Virus record (IMG/VR): IMGVR_UViG_3300037067_011362
Coordinates: 3,281 to 67,280 of that record
Length of the DNA: 64,000 bases
Strand: one strand, 5' to 3'
Origin: a virus
Lineage: Duplodnaviria > Caudoviricetes
Below are positions 1-9,282 of this stretch, piece by piece; position 1 is the stretch's first letter; each line of letters opens with the position of its first letter. Both the position numbers and the translations under genes were made by a program. The notes under the pieces were generated by a model. It did not search any database and was not told the origin of the DNA. It saw only the letters and a program-made list of their open reading frames with translations.

Positions 1-1
1 C

Positions 2-634
2 ACGCTTCGCACTGGTCGCGCCGGGTGGCGGCGTCCACTGCTGCCCTACCTGTTCGAGTACGCCAGGAGATGCGCTCTTGTGGCTCCCGCTACTAGCCCA
101 GCGTGGGCTGGTATGGATGACGAGGTGGCGCGCACTCTGGTCACGGAGCCGTCGTTCGACGAGTTCAAGAGCGGCGACACCTACCACCAGTATCGAATCG
201 TGGCTCCTCGCACCTACCGCGGCAAAGCTGGCGTTTACCCGACGTGTGCTCTCACCGGAGCGCCCGCTGGAAGTGACTACAAACATCACCAGTGGTGCCG
301 TGTGGTTGATATCGCGTCGACCACGATCGAAGCGGCGCAAGAGCGCTACATCAACGAATCTGGTCCAGTAAAGACCGACGGTTCTGGGCAGATCGCGCCA
401 GAGTGGGCCGGGTCAATCAACGACGCGGTTAGCGCTCAACTCAAGACTGCCATCAAAGATCCGTTCACGAGCGAAGGACGCAAAGGGTACTGCTCCGGGT
501 TCGTGTACGCGGTTGATGAAACCACGGACTTGCTCACGACGGAAACGCTAACCACGAGCTGCGTACTGGCGCCGCTAGCCAACATTTCGAACGCAGCAAC
601 CACTATCGGGTTCACCCGGGAGCTTGCATCCTAA
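2..634 (+). CDS. Contractile tail sheath protein, C-terminal part (DUF2586-like); truncated by window start
   Basis: Frame open from base 2. C-terminal pattern (RVVDIA...I...L...VDETTDLLTTETL...PLA...TIGF) matches myovirus sheath ends, and the gene lies directly upstream of the tube/chaperone/TMP genes. Confidence 0.8.
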   Translation, partial: TLRTGRAGWRRPLLPYLFEYARRCALVAPATSPAWAGMDDEVARTLVTEPSFDEFKSGDTYHQYRIVAPRTYRGKAGVYPTCALTGAPAGSDYKHHQWCRVVDIASTTIEAAQERYINESGPVKTDGSGQIAPEWAGSINDAVSAQLKTAIKDPFTSEGRKGYCSGFVYAVDETTDLLTTETLTTSCVLAPLANISNAATTIGFTRELAS

Positions 635-1062
635 TGGCCACAGTAAACGGTGTCCCGTACGACTTCACCTGCATTGATCTCACGGCGTACAACTTCAACA
701 TAAACGCCGGGCTCCAATCCGTCTCATACGGGCAAACGATGGAAGTCCAGGAGATTGGCGGAACCGCAGCCGCATCTTACGACTTCACCCCGGGCACGCT
801 CACCACAGAGAACATGGAGATCGAGCTCCTCGAGTGGTGCGCTAACGAATTCCGAAGAAAGCTCGGCTCCGGGTACATGACGAAGAAGTGGCCGTGCACC
901 ATTGGCTACAAGTTCGATGGAAATCCTCTAACCAAGGACACCTTGGAAGGGTGTCGAATCGTCGGTGAGAAGAAGTCTCCCAAGAAGGGTGCCGACGCTC
1001 TGGTTACGACGTTCACCGTCAAGGTCCTCAGGATCATGATGGACGGACTAAGCCCGGTCTAA
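634..1062 (+). CDS. Tail tube protein
   Basis: 142 aa, starts NGVPYDF, beta-rich, lies between sheath and chaperone. Confidence 0.75.
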   Translation: MATVNGVPYDFTCIDLTAYNFNINAGLQSVSYGQTMEVQEIGGTAAASYDFTPGTLTTENMEIELLEWCANEFRRKLGSGYMTKKWPCTIGYKFDGNPLTKDTLEGCRIVGEKKSPKKGADALVTTFTVKVLRIMMDGLSPV

Positions 1063-1166
1063 TACCGGCAAGGCTTGCCTGTGGAGATACTCTCCGCGGT
1101 CATTGGTTGGCAGCACCCCAAGGCGACCTCCCTCCCGCCGAATTGCTGCGCTTGTTCGGAGGGATC

Positions 1167-1520
1167 ATGGCAAAACGACAACTGACGGCAGAAGAAAAAA
1201 CCAAGCTAGACGCGTTACGGGCAACACACGGAGAGGTAAAACCCTACGTGCTAGGAGACGGAAGGTTCGTGGCCATCCGCGCGTGCAACTCGTTCGAGCG
1301 CGTCCAGATGGTCAAGGGCGCTACGGCTAAGCCGGAGCGAGACGGGACCACACGGATCGCCGAGACTCATTCAGAGATCGCTCCAGAGGTGATCGTACTT
1401 CCGGAGACTCGCGAAGAAGCTCTCGCGCTGTTGCGCAAGTTCCCGGCGCTCAATGAGCGGTTCGCTCAGGACGCCTTCGAGATGGCAGAGGGAGGCATTG
1501 AGGAGCTGGGAAACGTCTAG
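1167..1520 (+). CDS. Tail assembly chaperone (gpG-like)
   Basis: ATG at 1167 after GGAGGG. Lies between tube and TMP and ends in a G GGA AAC slippery heptamer. Confidence 0.8.
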   Translation: MAKRQLTAEEKTKLDALRATHGEVKPYVLGDGRFVAIRACNSFERVQMVKGATAKPERDGTTRIAETHSEIAPEVIVLPETREEALALLRKFPALNERFAQDAFEMAEGGIEELGNV

Positions 1521-1693
1521 AGGGGATCCGTGGCGACCAGCTAGCGGGAGGCGCAGCGATCTTGGCGCTTCGCTACGGGCACACAAAGCCCGACGGTTCG
1601 CCCACGGATGACGCCGTACTTGGCGCCATGATGGAAGCTGAGTTCCAGGCTGTTGTGATTGCGGCACTGAGTAAACTTTTCGTGAAGAAGTAA
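1508..1693 (+). other. Programmed -1 frameshift site and gpGT-like extension
   Basis: In-frame X XXY YYZ heptamer GGGAAAC at 1508-1514. The -1 frame is open (RLEGIRGDQ...KLFVKK) to TAA 1691-1693, just before the TMP ATG at 1701. Confidence 0.8.
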
Positions 1694-1700
1694 CTAAACA

Positions 1701-3470
1701 ATGGGCACCGAACGAACACGCTGGGAAGTCGATCTAGTCGACGGAGTAACGGCGCCAGCTCGTCGGTCCGACAATGCGCTGGAGCGTCTGCAGAGGCGTT
1801 TCCAGCGCGTTGCTGCGTCTGCTGCCGCAAATGCTGCCAGAATCAGCAATAGGATCCGTTCATCATTCGCCGCGATTGATAAACAGGCATCCGTCACCCC
1901 TTCGGTAAAGACTGGCTCCGGTGCGCGCAACGCCGCGGGACAGACTGTGGGAGACGGAGCGGAGAAATCCGCCAGATCGGCTGGGGTGTTTTGGAATCGG
2001 GCAGGGAAACTGGCTGCGTCTGGCTGGAAGAGCTTCGCTAGTGAGATCCCGGCCAAACTCAAGGACATGACCGTGATGTCCGGCATGGCCTTAGCCGGTT
2101 CGATCCTTGGAGTCACAGCGCTAGCGACGAAGTACGCCGACCTGGGGCAGAAGTCGCGCGGGGCTTTCTCCATGATGCTTGGATCGAAGGCTCTCGGAGA
2201 AGATGCGTTCCGCGAGTCGCGCGCCCTCGCTATCGAGCTCGGCATGGGCATCGACGAAGTGAAGGGTAGCTACCAGCGTTTCCTTTCGATGGGTTTTGAC
2301 CGTGGCGAATCGGTTGAGATCATAAAAATGGGCGCGGACATGACCGCCCTTGGTGCGAGTACCGAGAAGGTGTCCAGTGTCTTGGATGCCATGGGCAAAA
2401 TCAAGGCAACCGGATCGCTACAGGGCGACGAATTGATGATGCTCGCTGAGGCGGGTATCAATACCGGGGCCATCTACGATCGGCTAGGTGCCAAGTTCGG
2501 AAAGACCCGCGCCCAAGTCGTGAAAATGAAAGAGGCCGGAAAAATCTCGGCCGAGGATGCCATCGCAGCCATCAAGTCAACTGTGCTAGCGACCACTGGT
2601 CAATCTGAGTTCGGAGCGGCGCGTCGAAATATCATGACGTCGACGCTATCAGGCGCCTTCCAAGAAATGAAGGCCGTTGCAATCGACTCGTTCATCGGTA
2701 TCGGCGACGCAGCTGGGCCGCAACTCACCAAGATGGTTTCAGCCATTTCGAAGATGGTTGGGGAGTTCATGAAGTCCGACGCGGGCAAGTCTTTCCTTGC
2801 TGATGCTGCCGTGCTCGCTGGGCGCGTTGCGGACGGAATCACCGAATCCCTGCCGCTAGTGAAGGAGTTCATCGGGCAATTCAAAGACGGCTTCGGGGAA
2901 ACGATGGACATCATGGCGGAGGCATTCCGCGACATCTTCTCCCCGGGCGACAAAGCTAAAACCTCGGAGACTTTCGCGAAGCTCGGCAAAGACGCTGGGC
3001 AAATAGCGGCCGCTTTGGTGTCCACCGCTCTAGTCATGGGAATGCTGTCTTACGGAGCAATCAAGTTTGGTGCTGCACTGAAAGACTACGTGGTTGGTGA
3101 GGTGGAGTGGATCGGTAAGTTGATCTTCTTCATCTCTGACTCAATCGACAACCTAACGGCAAAGCTGAAGTCCTCCAAGATGACAGCGATGGACTGGATG
3201 AATCCGCTCGGGTATGTAACCGGTAAAATGGGCGAGTCGGTGGCCGCCACATACAGGGCAATCCCTGGGGAATCAGGGAAGATATCCGCGGCAGGAAAGC
3301 CTGGAGTAGCAGGAAACACGACGAACACCGTAACCGTCCCCGTCACCGTGAACGCCCCTCCGGGTACCGACGCTGCGGCGGGAGCGGCATTCGGAAGGGG
3401 GGTGGCCTCCGGTGCTGAACGCGGCATGATGTCAGCTCTTGGAGGGGCCAACTTGGCTAGCGGCACATGA
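1701..3470 (+). CDS. Tape measure protein
   Basis: Ala/Gly-rich and helical. Contains the tape-measure motif (AMGKIKATGSLQGDELMMLAEAGI) in canonical position. Confidence 0.9.
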   Translation: MGTERTRWEVDLVDGVTAPARRSDNALERLQRRFQRVAASAAANAARISNRIRSSFAAIDKQASVTPSVKTGSGARNAAGQTVGDGAEKSARSAGVFWNRAGKLAASGWKSFASEIPAKLKDMTVMSGMALAGSILGVTALATKYADLGQKSRGAFSMMLGSKALGEDAFRESRALAIELGMGIDEVKGSYQRFLSMGFDRGESVEIIKMGADMTALGASTEKVSSVLDAMGKIKATGSLQGDELMMLAEAGINTGAIYDRLGAKFGKTRAQVVKMKEAGKISAEDAIAAIKSTVLATTGQSEFGAARRNIMTSTLSGAFQEMKAVAIDSFIGIGDAAGPQLTKMVSAISKMVGEFMKSDAGKSFLADAAVLAGRVADGITESLPLVKEFIGQFKDGFGETMDIMAEAFRDIFSPGDKAKTSETFAKLGKDAGQIAAALVSTALVMGMLSYGAIKFGAALKDYVVGEVEWIGKLIFFISDSIDNLTAKLKSSKMTAMDWMNPLGYVTGKMGESVAATYRAIPGESGKISAAGKPGVAGNTTNTVTVPVTVNAPPGTDAAAGAAFGRGVASGAERGMMSALGGANLASGT

Positions 3471-4030
3471 GCATTGCTCCGTTCTGGGCCAAGCCTTATG
3501 GTGACCCCGATGACGGGCGGTGGGACTCCGTGTGGGTTGGTGGGCAACTGCTGCCAGGCGTGAGCAGGATCAAAGGTCTCAAATCGAAGCGCGAAGTCGA
3601 GTCGAACAAGAGCCCGAACACCAATGGGGCGAGCACCAAGGACAAGGGAGCAGAGCCGCAAGAGTTCGAAATCGTCACCAAGATTTGGACTCCGGAGCAG
3701 TGGGAACAATGGCAACTCGTGAGGCCAGTTATTGACCCAATGCGCCCCAACGCCATCAGTCAGCCGCTCGCGATCGTGAACCCGATCCCAAACTACGTCG
3801 GGATAAACGAGATCATTGTCACCGAGATCGAAGACGACCCGCCGGAGCGACGCGCGGCCCCGTACATCATCACCACGCATTGTCGACGGTACTATCCGAA
3901 GCCGGTAGAGGTGAAGACGTCGACCGTTGTGAAGACTACCGCCAAGTACAATCCAGCGCGCTCCCCTGAGATCATCCCAGACCCACCTAACATGGTTGAG
4001 ACCACATTCGGGAAGCCTCCGGGGACATGA
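3467..4030 (+). CDS. Putative tail tube initiator / baseplate protein
   Basis: Directly after TMP with ATGA overlap; assigned by synteny. Confidence 0.5.
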   Translation: MSIAPFWAKPYGDPDDGRWDSVWVGGQLLPGVSRIKGLKSKREVESNKSPNTNGASTKDKGAEPQEFEIVTKIWTPEQWEQWQLVRPVIDPMRPNAISQPLAIVNPIPNYVGINEIIVTEIEDDPPERRAAPYIITTHCRRYYPKPVEVKTSTVVKTTAKYNPARSPEIIPDPPNMVETTFGKPPGT

Positions 4031-5151
4031 TGACACCATGCTCACTAGCCGGTATGCCTGTAGCGCAAGCCAAGGTTCGCATGCCCATTGCTGGCGCATG
4101 GCACGCCGATGTAGTTGTGGTTGGTGAAGCCGCTCCAACCGGTTCCGTTACGCTGGACCTGTTCGGGGTAGAGTTCGTTGGGTTTGTGACTCGCTCAACC
4201 GCGATAGGCGGCCAAGTGCGGCTTCGCATGGTCGGGGGACATGGAGGGCTAACCACGGAGCTCCCTCCCAAACATTGGGGTCCCGGGGCTGGGTTGCTCA
4301 CCGTCGGGAAGGTGCTCGCGGACGCGGTTACGGCCGGCGGAGAAGCGCTTTCGGATACCATCGACCCATCGCTGCTCGTTACCGCGCTCCCATCGTGGCA
4401 GCGGCAAGCCGGGCCCGTGTCGCGGTCAATTCAGGCCGTGGTGGACCAGACCGGATCCGTCTGGCGCGTCCTTCGAGACGGGACGATCTGGGTTGGCACC
4501 GATTCGTACCCTGAAACGACCACCCCCCACGTGTTCCTCGATGAGGACTGGGACTCGGGAGTGATTGAGATCGCCCCCGAACTTCCCGACCTGGTTTCTG
4601 GGATCACCTTCCGCGGCCAGACCATCAAATACGTGGTCCACACCGTGGACAGCGGGAAGACTCGGACCGAGGCGTGCCTCGACTCCCCCAGTGGGCTGCT
4701 CGATAGGTTCCTTGCTGGGGTGCGTCAAGAGATCCGCTACTCTCGCTCGTACCTCTGCAAGGTCGTTAGCCAGAACACCGACTACAGCCTAGAACTCATG
4801 CCTTACGACGCGACGTTCCAGGGAAAAGGGATCTCACGGGTTCCGATTCGTTGCGGAATCCCCGGGGTTCGCGTCAAGGTTTCGAAGGGATGCCGGGTGC
4901 GCGTCCAGTGGGACGACGGAAACCCTTCAAAGCCCTACGCCAATAGCTGGGACTTCGACGAAACCTCCGTTATCGAGGTCGAATTCAAGCCCGGGATCGG
5001 GGCTCCATTTTTCCGTGTCGGCGACACCGGTGAAGCTGTTCTCCCTGCCGGCATGCTTCTCCAGACCTCGGTGGGCCCAGCTACCCTAATCGCCCCCGCT
5101 CCCCTGGTGTTCGTCGCCATGGGCGGCGGAAGCCCCATCGTGAAGGGCTAA
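4027..5151 (+). CDS. Baseplate hub protein with C-terminal spike-like OB domain
   Basis: N-terminal hub-like region (SWQRQAG...WRVLRDGTIWVG). C-terminal CKVVSQN...VPIRCGIPG.RVKVSKGCRVRVQWDDGNPSKPY resembles the gpV/gp138 N-terminal fold. Confidence 0.65.
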   Translation: MMTPCSLAGMPVAQAKVRMPIAGAWHADVVVVGEAAPTGSVTLDLFGVEFVGFVTRSTAIGGQVRLRMVGGHGGLTTELPPKHWGPGAGLLTVGKVLADAVTAGGEALSDTIDPSLLVTALPSWQRQAGPVSRSIQAVVDQTGSVWRVLRDGTIWVGTDSYPETTTPHVFLDEDWDSGVIEIAPELPDLVSGITFRGQTIKYVVHTVDSGKTRTEACLDSPSGLLDRFLAGVRQEIRYSRSYLCKVVSQNTDYSLELMPYDATFQGKGISRVPIRCGIPGVRVKVSKGCRVRVQWDDGNPSKPYANSWDFDETSVIEVEFKPGIGAPFFRVGDTGEAVLPAGMLLQTSVGPATLIAPAPLVFVAMGGGSPIVKG

Positions 5152-5153
5152 CC

Positions 5154-5858
5154 ATGACGATAACGGTCGTAGCGGACACCACGGTAGGCGGATCTATAAC
5201 GGCAGCGGCTACGGCCGTGTCCGCGCTAGGTGCCGTCATTGGGACCGCCCTACCCGCGGCATCAGCTCAGTTCGACGGGTACACGAGACTCTCTATCCCG
5301 GCCCCGTCGTTTTCGATAACCGCCCAGCTAGCAGTGGCGGCGGAGGCTCTAGCTACGGCTACCGCTACGCTTTCCGGTATGCCCGGGGGTGTGGCGGCCG
5401 CTGCTGCGTTAGCCGCTGGAATGGCAGCCCAGGCCGCGGCGTTGCTAACAATCTCAGGAAGCTTCCCGTCGATCGCCGGCGACATCGAATCGGCGGTAGC
5501 CTCCATGGCTGGCCTCAACTGCGCAATCAACGCCGGTGTGGTCGGACCTAACATCGATCTACCCACGATCACGGCTCGGCTCGGAGAGATCGGGGCTTTG
5601 GTGGCATCCCTGAACGCTCAACTGGCCATCGCCGCAGAGCTGTCCGTGTCGCTCAATGCCGGCGGTGTGAGGGTAATCCGTTTCGACGGGGACCTGCTCT
5701 CGGCTGGCGCAGAACTCGGGGCGTACCTGAGCGCGTCGGGTCTGGGAGGTGGAGGTCTGGGCGGGGGCGGGCAAGCCTCAGTCGAATCCCACTTCGTCCT
5801 GATGCTTCCGACGACTAGCGGGGCATGGACTGGAATCCAAGCCACTATGGCGACTTGA
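5154..5858 (+). CDS. Ala-rich hypothetical protein in baseplate cluster
   Basis: 234 aa ORF co-oriented with and tightly spaced among baseplate genes. Confidence 0.55.
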   Translation: MTITVVADTTVGGSITAAATAVSALGAVIGTALPAASAQFDGYTRLSIPAPSFSITAQLAVAAEALATATATLSGMPGGVAAAAALAAGMAAQAAALLTISGSFPSIAGDIESAVASMAGLNCAINAGVVGPNIDLPTITARLGEIGALVASLNAQLAIAAELSVSLNAGGVRVIRFDGDLLSAGAELGAYLSASGLGGGGLGGGGQASVESHFVLMLPTTSGAWTGIQATMAT

Positions 5859-6309
5859 AACGGCAGACGAACCCAGGGACGGACGAGTAGTACTCACAGT
5901 CGATTCCCTGGTGGTCGCAGTCGTACCAACCTGGGGGGCACTTCAGGCACGCGCCAGCGGCTTCGACCCAGCGGCTTCGACCGTCAGACGCTTCTCCGCA
6001 CGGATCGTCCTCGGGGCTGTAGGTGGCTCCACCTATTCCGGATCCTCCAACTCCAGATCCTCCGCGCGAAACCTCCACGTATCCGCCGGCCCCGACAGTC
6101 GAGGCGCCGCCAGTTCCAGAGCCACCCACGCTGGCGTCAGGGGTGGTTTCCGAGGCTGTGGCCCCTCCGGTCTCACCGCGTTCCAAAGAGCGCTCTGCGG
6201 AGGCGCCAGCTTCGCCACCGAGACCATCGTTGTGACCGTTCGAATCACCATCGTCAGCCCCAGAGCAGGCGACCGCCAAAACCGCGAGAACTAGGAACAT
6301 TTTGGTCAT
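5845..6309 (-). CDS. Lipoprotein (moron-like) with Gly-rich linker and Cys-rich C-terminus
   Basis: Signal peptide MTKMFLVLAVLAVAC with lipobox, GGS/GGA linker, C-terminal CLKCPPGWYDCD..C. Antisense to the tail operon, with TATAAT 6 nt before the ATG. Confidence 0.75.
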   Translation of the reverse strand: MTKMFLVLAVLAVACSGADDGDSNGHNDGLGGEAGASAERSLERGETGGATASETTPDASVGGSGTGGASTVGAGGYVEVSRGGSGVGGSGIGGATYSPEDDPCGEASDGRSRWVEAAGACLKCPPGWYDCDHQGIDCEYYSSVPGFVCRFKSP

Positions 6310-6315
6310 AGTAGA

Positions 6316-6321
6316 ATTATA
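6316..6321 (-). promoter_or_regulatory. Perfect -10 box (TATAAT) for the probably leaderless lipoprotein mRNA
   Basis: Minus strand reads TATAAT-tctact-ATG; no consensus -35 seen. Confidence 0.5.
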
Positions 6322-6347
6322 CGCCAATCCGGCCAGAGGGCTTCCTT

Positions 6348-6734
6348 ATGACTGATTTTGGCCGAGATTTGTGGTGCGACGGCGACACTAGACCCGACTG
6401 CGCCGAGGTCACTGGCCTTCCGCTCGTAGCCCAAGCAGTGATCCGACGGTGGGAGACTCCGCGCGGCGGCTGCTTCTACGATCCGAACTACGGGGAGGGG
6501 CTTCTTGATCTGGTGCACCAAGCCGGGATCACTGGACCCGACGTGGCTTCGCTACTTGAGCGCGGATCAATGAAGGACGAGCGTGTCGATTCTGCGAGCG
6601 CAGAAGCCACGATCGATGTCGAGAGCGAAACGATTACGGCCACCGTCCGCCTAGAGACGTCATTGGGGCCGTTCTCTATGACGGTCTCAATAGACGCTCT
6701 GCGCGTGGAGCAACTCACAATGGTCGAGGGATAA
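6348..6734 (+). CDS. Baseplate wedge protein (gpW/gp25-like)
   Basis: TPRGGCFYDPNYGEGL motif, 128 aa, directly before the J-like gene. Confidence 0.85.
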   Translation: MTDFGRDLWCDGDTRPDCAEVTGLPLVAQAVIRRWETPRGGCFYDPNYGEGLLDLVHQAGITGPDVASLLERGSMKDERVDSASAEATIDVESETITATVRLETSLGPFSMTVSIDALRVEQLTMVEG

Positions 6735-7918
6735 TGCTGACGTATAACCAGCTCACCACTCCGCCGACGCGCGAGCAAATCCTGCAGTCGATGGTCGACA
6801 AGCTGAGGGAGCTCAAATTCACGGCCACCGCGTGGCAACCAGGATCGATCGCCTATTCGATTCTGTACGCCATCGCGTGGCTATACGCCGGGCTCGGCGA
6901 GGTCGTAAGCACCCTAACCAAGTCGCGCTATTCCGAGACCGCCGAAGGCGAGTTCCTCACTAGACTCAGCGCGTCGGAATTCGGCAACAATCGGCAACTT
7001 GCACTATCGGCGCGACACACTGAAGTTTTCACGTGTGAGACAGGAGAGGGACCTTACACGTTCGTCGCTGGTGACCTCGTGGTTTCTGACGGATCCAGGA
7101 CATTCCGCAATGTGACCGGAGGAACCGTTTCGGACGGTTCTCCCCTTTCACTCACCATCGAGGACGAGATCGCTGGAAGCGGCGGGAACGTGGCGTCTGA
7201 CACGATCACTCAGATGATGGTGTCCGTGGTTGGGGTGACATGCTCGAACCCTCCAATCGGATCTACGGGAACCTCAATAACCAGGTACGGGCTAGACGAA
7301 GAATCCGATACCAGATTGAGAGTGCGCAACCGGACCAAGATGCCGGTGCTGTCGACAAGCGCGGAAACCACCGATGAGAAAATCATCGGGGTGGTTCTGA
7401 ACGCCATTCCGGGAATCGAGAAGGTCAAGGTCGGCTCTACAAATCCACGCGGACTCGGGACTGTTGACGTCTACGTAGCAGGGAGAATCGCCACGGCCGA
7501 CGTTGCCGACGTTGCTGCTGCGCTTGCGCTGGTGCGCACGCTATTCCTGAATCCTTCTCCTAGAATTGGACTAACCGCGTCGCTCACGCAAACCCTGACT
7601 TTCTCGGCTACCGTGATGTGTGATCCAGCAGTGGGTAAAGTCGCGGTACAGCAACTTTTAGAGCAAGGGAACGGAACAAGCAACTTTGGGGTGCTGAATG
7701 AACTCCTTGGAGACCTTCCGATCGGTGGAAACTCCTACAGCAACGGTTCGAACAACGTGCTGCTCCGTAACGAGATCATCCAGACGATCGAAAATACACA
7801 GGGGGTAGTAGGGGTTTCGCTCACTACGCCAGCGGAGAACGTGGCGGTATCGCCGTTCCGTGTCCTGATTCCACCAAGCTCGTGGTCGATAACCTACGTC
7901 GACACGGTGGTGACGTAA
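6734..7918 (+). CDS. Baseplate J-like wedge protein
   Basis: AEGEFLTRL, GLDEESDTRLRVR and RGLGTVDVYV motifs. Confidence 0.9.
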   Translation: MLTYNQLTTPPTREQILQSMVDKLRELKFTATAWQPGSIAYSILYAIAWLYAGLGEVVSTLTKSRYSETAEGEFLTRLSASEFGNNRQLALSARHTEVFTCETGEGPYTFVAGDLVVSDGSRTFRNVTGGTVSDGSPLSLTIEDEIAGSGGNVASDTITQMMVSVVGVTCSNPPIGSTGTSITRYGLDEESDTRLRVRNRTKMPVLSTSAETTDEKIIGVVLNAIPGIEKVKVGSTNPRGLGTVDVYVAGRIATADVADVAAALALVRTLFLNPSPRIGLTASLTQTLTFSATVMCDPAVGKVAVQQLLEQGNGTSNFGVLNELLGDLPIGGNSYSNGSNNVLLRNEIIQTIENTQGVVGVSLTTPAENVAVSPFRVLIPPSSWSITYVDTVVT

Positions 7919-8589
7919 TGGTCGCCTCCGCCAATTGGCGCGAGTGGCTGCTGAAGCTTCCGATCCCAGGCATGGCTAGCCCGTGGGGGCAGACGCTTCT
8001 AGGGGTATTGGGTCTCGAGGCGGACACCATGAGTCTTGGGGTAACCTGCACGCTCCGGAGTGGGTTCGTCGACGATCCGTATTGCCTAGCCGATCATCTG
8101 GCATTGAAGGGCAAAGCGCGAGGCCTTCCACGCTATCCCGCTGAGTCTCTCGCGCAGTACCGAGCTAGAGTCATACGCGCGAAGCAGGATTGGGATCTTG
8201 CCGGAACCGAAGCGGGGATCGTGGGACAACTGACGGCCGCCGGCTACACCAACGCAGACCTGATATTCCGCGAGCACGAGCCGGGGCCGCGAGGTGAACC
8301 GGGGCCGTATTGGTCACAGTTCTGGGTGTACCTACCTGACCTAGGCGTGACGCGCAGCACGCGAGCGTGGAACGATGGTTCGTCCTGGAACGACGGAGGA
8401 GTGTGGGGGCCCGTCAACATTGCGGCCGATGACGCCGCTACCATTCGCGCAATAGTTCGCAAATTCAAGCCATCAGATTGGATCTGCCGCGGTTTTCTGT
8501 TCCCAGTTGCGAGCGAGTTCAACTGGAACGACGGGACCACTTGGAACGACGGATCAACCTGGGGCGGATATCTCGAGATGGAGTTCTAG
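7918..8589 (+). CDS. Tail protein I-like baseplate component
   Basis: Follows J. RGLPRYPAESLAQYRARV...AGTEAGI pattern; WNDG repeats at the C-terminus. Confidence 0.7.
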   Translation: MVASANWREWLLKLPIPGMASPWGQTLLGVLGLEADTMSLGVTCTLRSGFVDDPYCLADHLALKGKARGLPRYPAESLAQYRARVIRAKQDWDLAGTEAGIVGQLTAAGYTNADLIFREHEPGPRGEPGPYWSQFWVYLPDLGVTRSTRAWNDGSSWNDGGVWGPVNIAADDAATIRAIVRKFKPSDWICRGFLFPVASEFNWNDGTTWNDGSTWGGYLEMEF

Positions 8590-8592
8590 CCG

Positions 8593-9279
8593 ATGCCCAA
8601 AAATATTACTCCCGCCACCGTTACCTCGATGCCTACGATTGGCTGTCCTCTCTCTGGAGAGACAGCTGACGCAAACAACGCTGGAGATACCGGCATTGAA
8701 GAGCTTTTTATCCAGCCAGTGGTTGATTCACTGGAGTACCTGCGCAATAGCATCCCGGGGTGCGAAAACGTAGCTTCTCCACGAAGGACTTACGTAGATT
8801 ATAGCTCTTGTGTTCCGCACGTCATGTCCGCAGCAGGTACCGAATGGGTACTGGACTACCAATTTGATGGCACGTCGTATTACTCAAAGTGGATGGCTTC
8901 GCAGGCAAACGCAAACACGGCCCCGTTCGTTGTCGAGATTACCTCTTTGCTTCCGACGCACGGTAACATTGTGGCGTTCGGTGCAGTGTTTGAGGGAAGT
9001 TCCGACCGTACAGAACTCCCGGCTACCATGCCAAAGGTGTGTCTGGTTCGCTCGTCAATTATGACAATCGGAACCGAGTCTACCATCCTAGAGACGGCAA
9101 CCGATGATTCGGCTAGCATCGGATCCTTCAAGTCAATACACGGAATTTTGTTGGCCGGGTTCGAAGATGCGATTAGCCCGTCGTCTATTAGGCAACGCTG
9201 GTTCCTTGCTGTTTTTGGGGGAACCACCTCGGAGCTAGCCGACCGCGTTGGACTTCTGTTCTTCGACACCACCGAGTAA
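8593..9279 (+). CDS. Hypothetical tail/fibre-associated protein
   Basis: 228 aa ORF in the tail operon between I-like and fibre genes. Confidence 0.5.
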   Translation: MPKNITPATVTSMPTIGCPLSGETADANNAGDTGIEELFIQPVVDSLEYLRNSIPGCENVASPRRTYVDYSSCVPHVMSAAGTEWVLDYQFDGTSYYSKWMASQANANTAPFVVEITSLLPTHGNIVAFGAVFEGSSDRTELPATMPKVCLVRSSIMTIGTESTILETATDDSASIGSFKSIHGILLAGFEDAISPSSIRQRWFLAVFGGTTSELADRVGLLFFDTTE

Positions 9280-9282
9280 ACA

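Noticed and set aside
8361-8570. TGGAACGA repeats as DNA elements
   Set aside because: They encode WNDG peptide repeats at the end of the tail-I-like protein.
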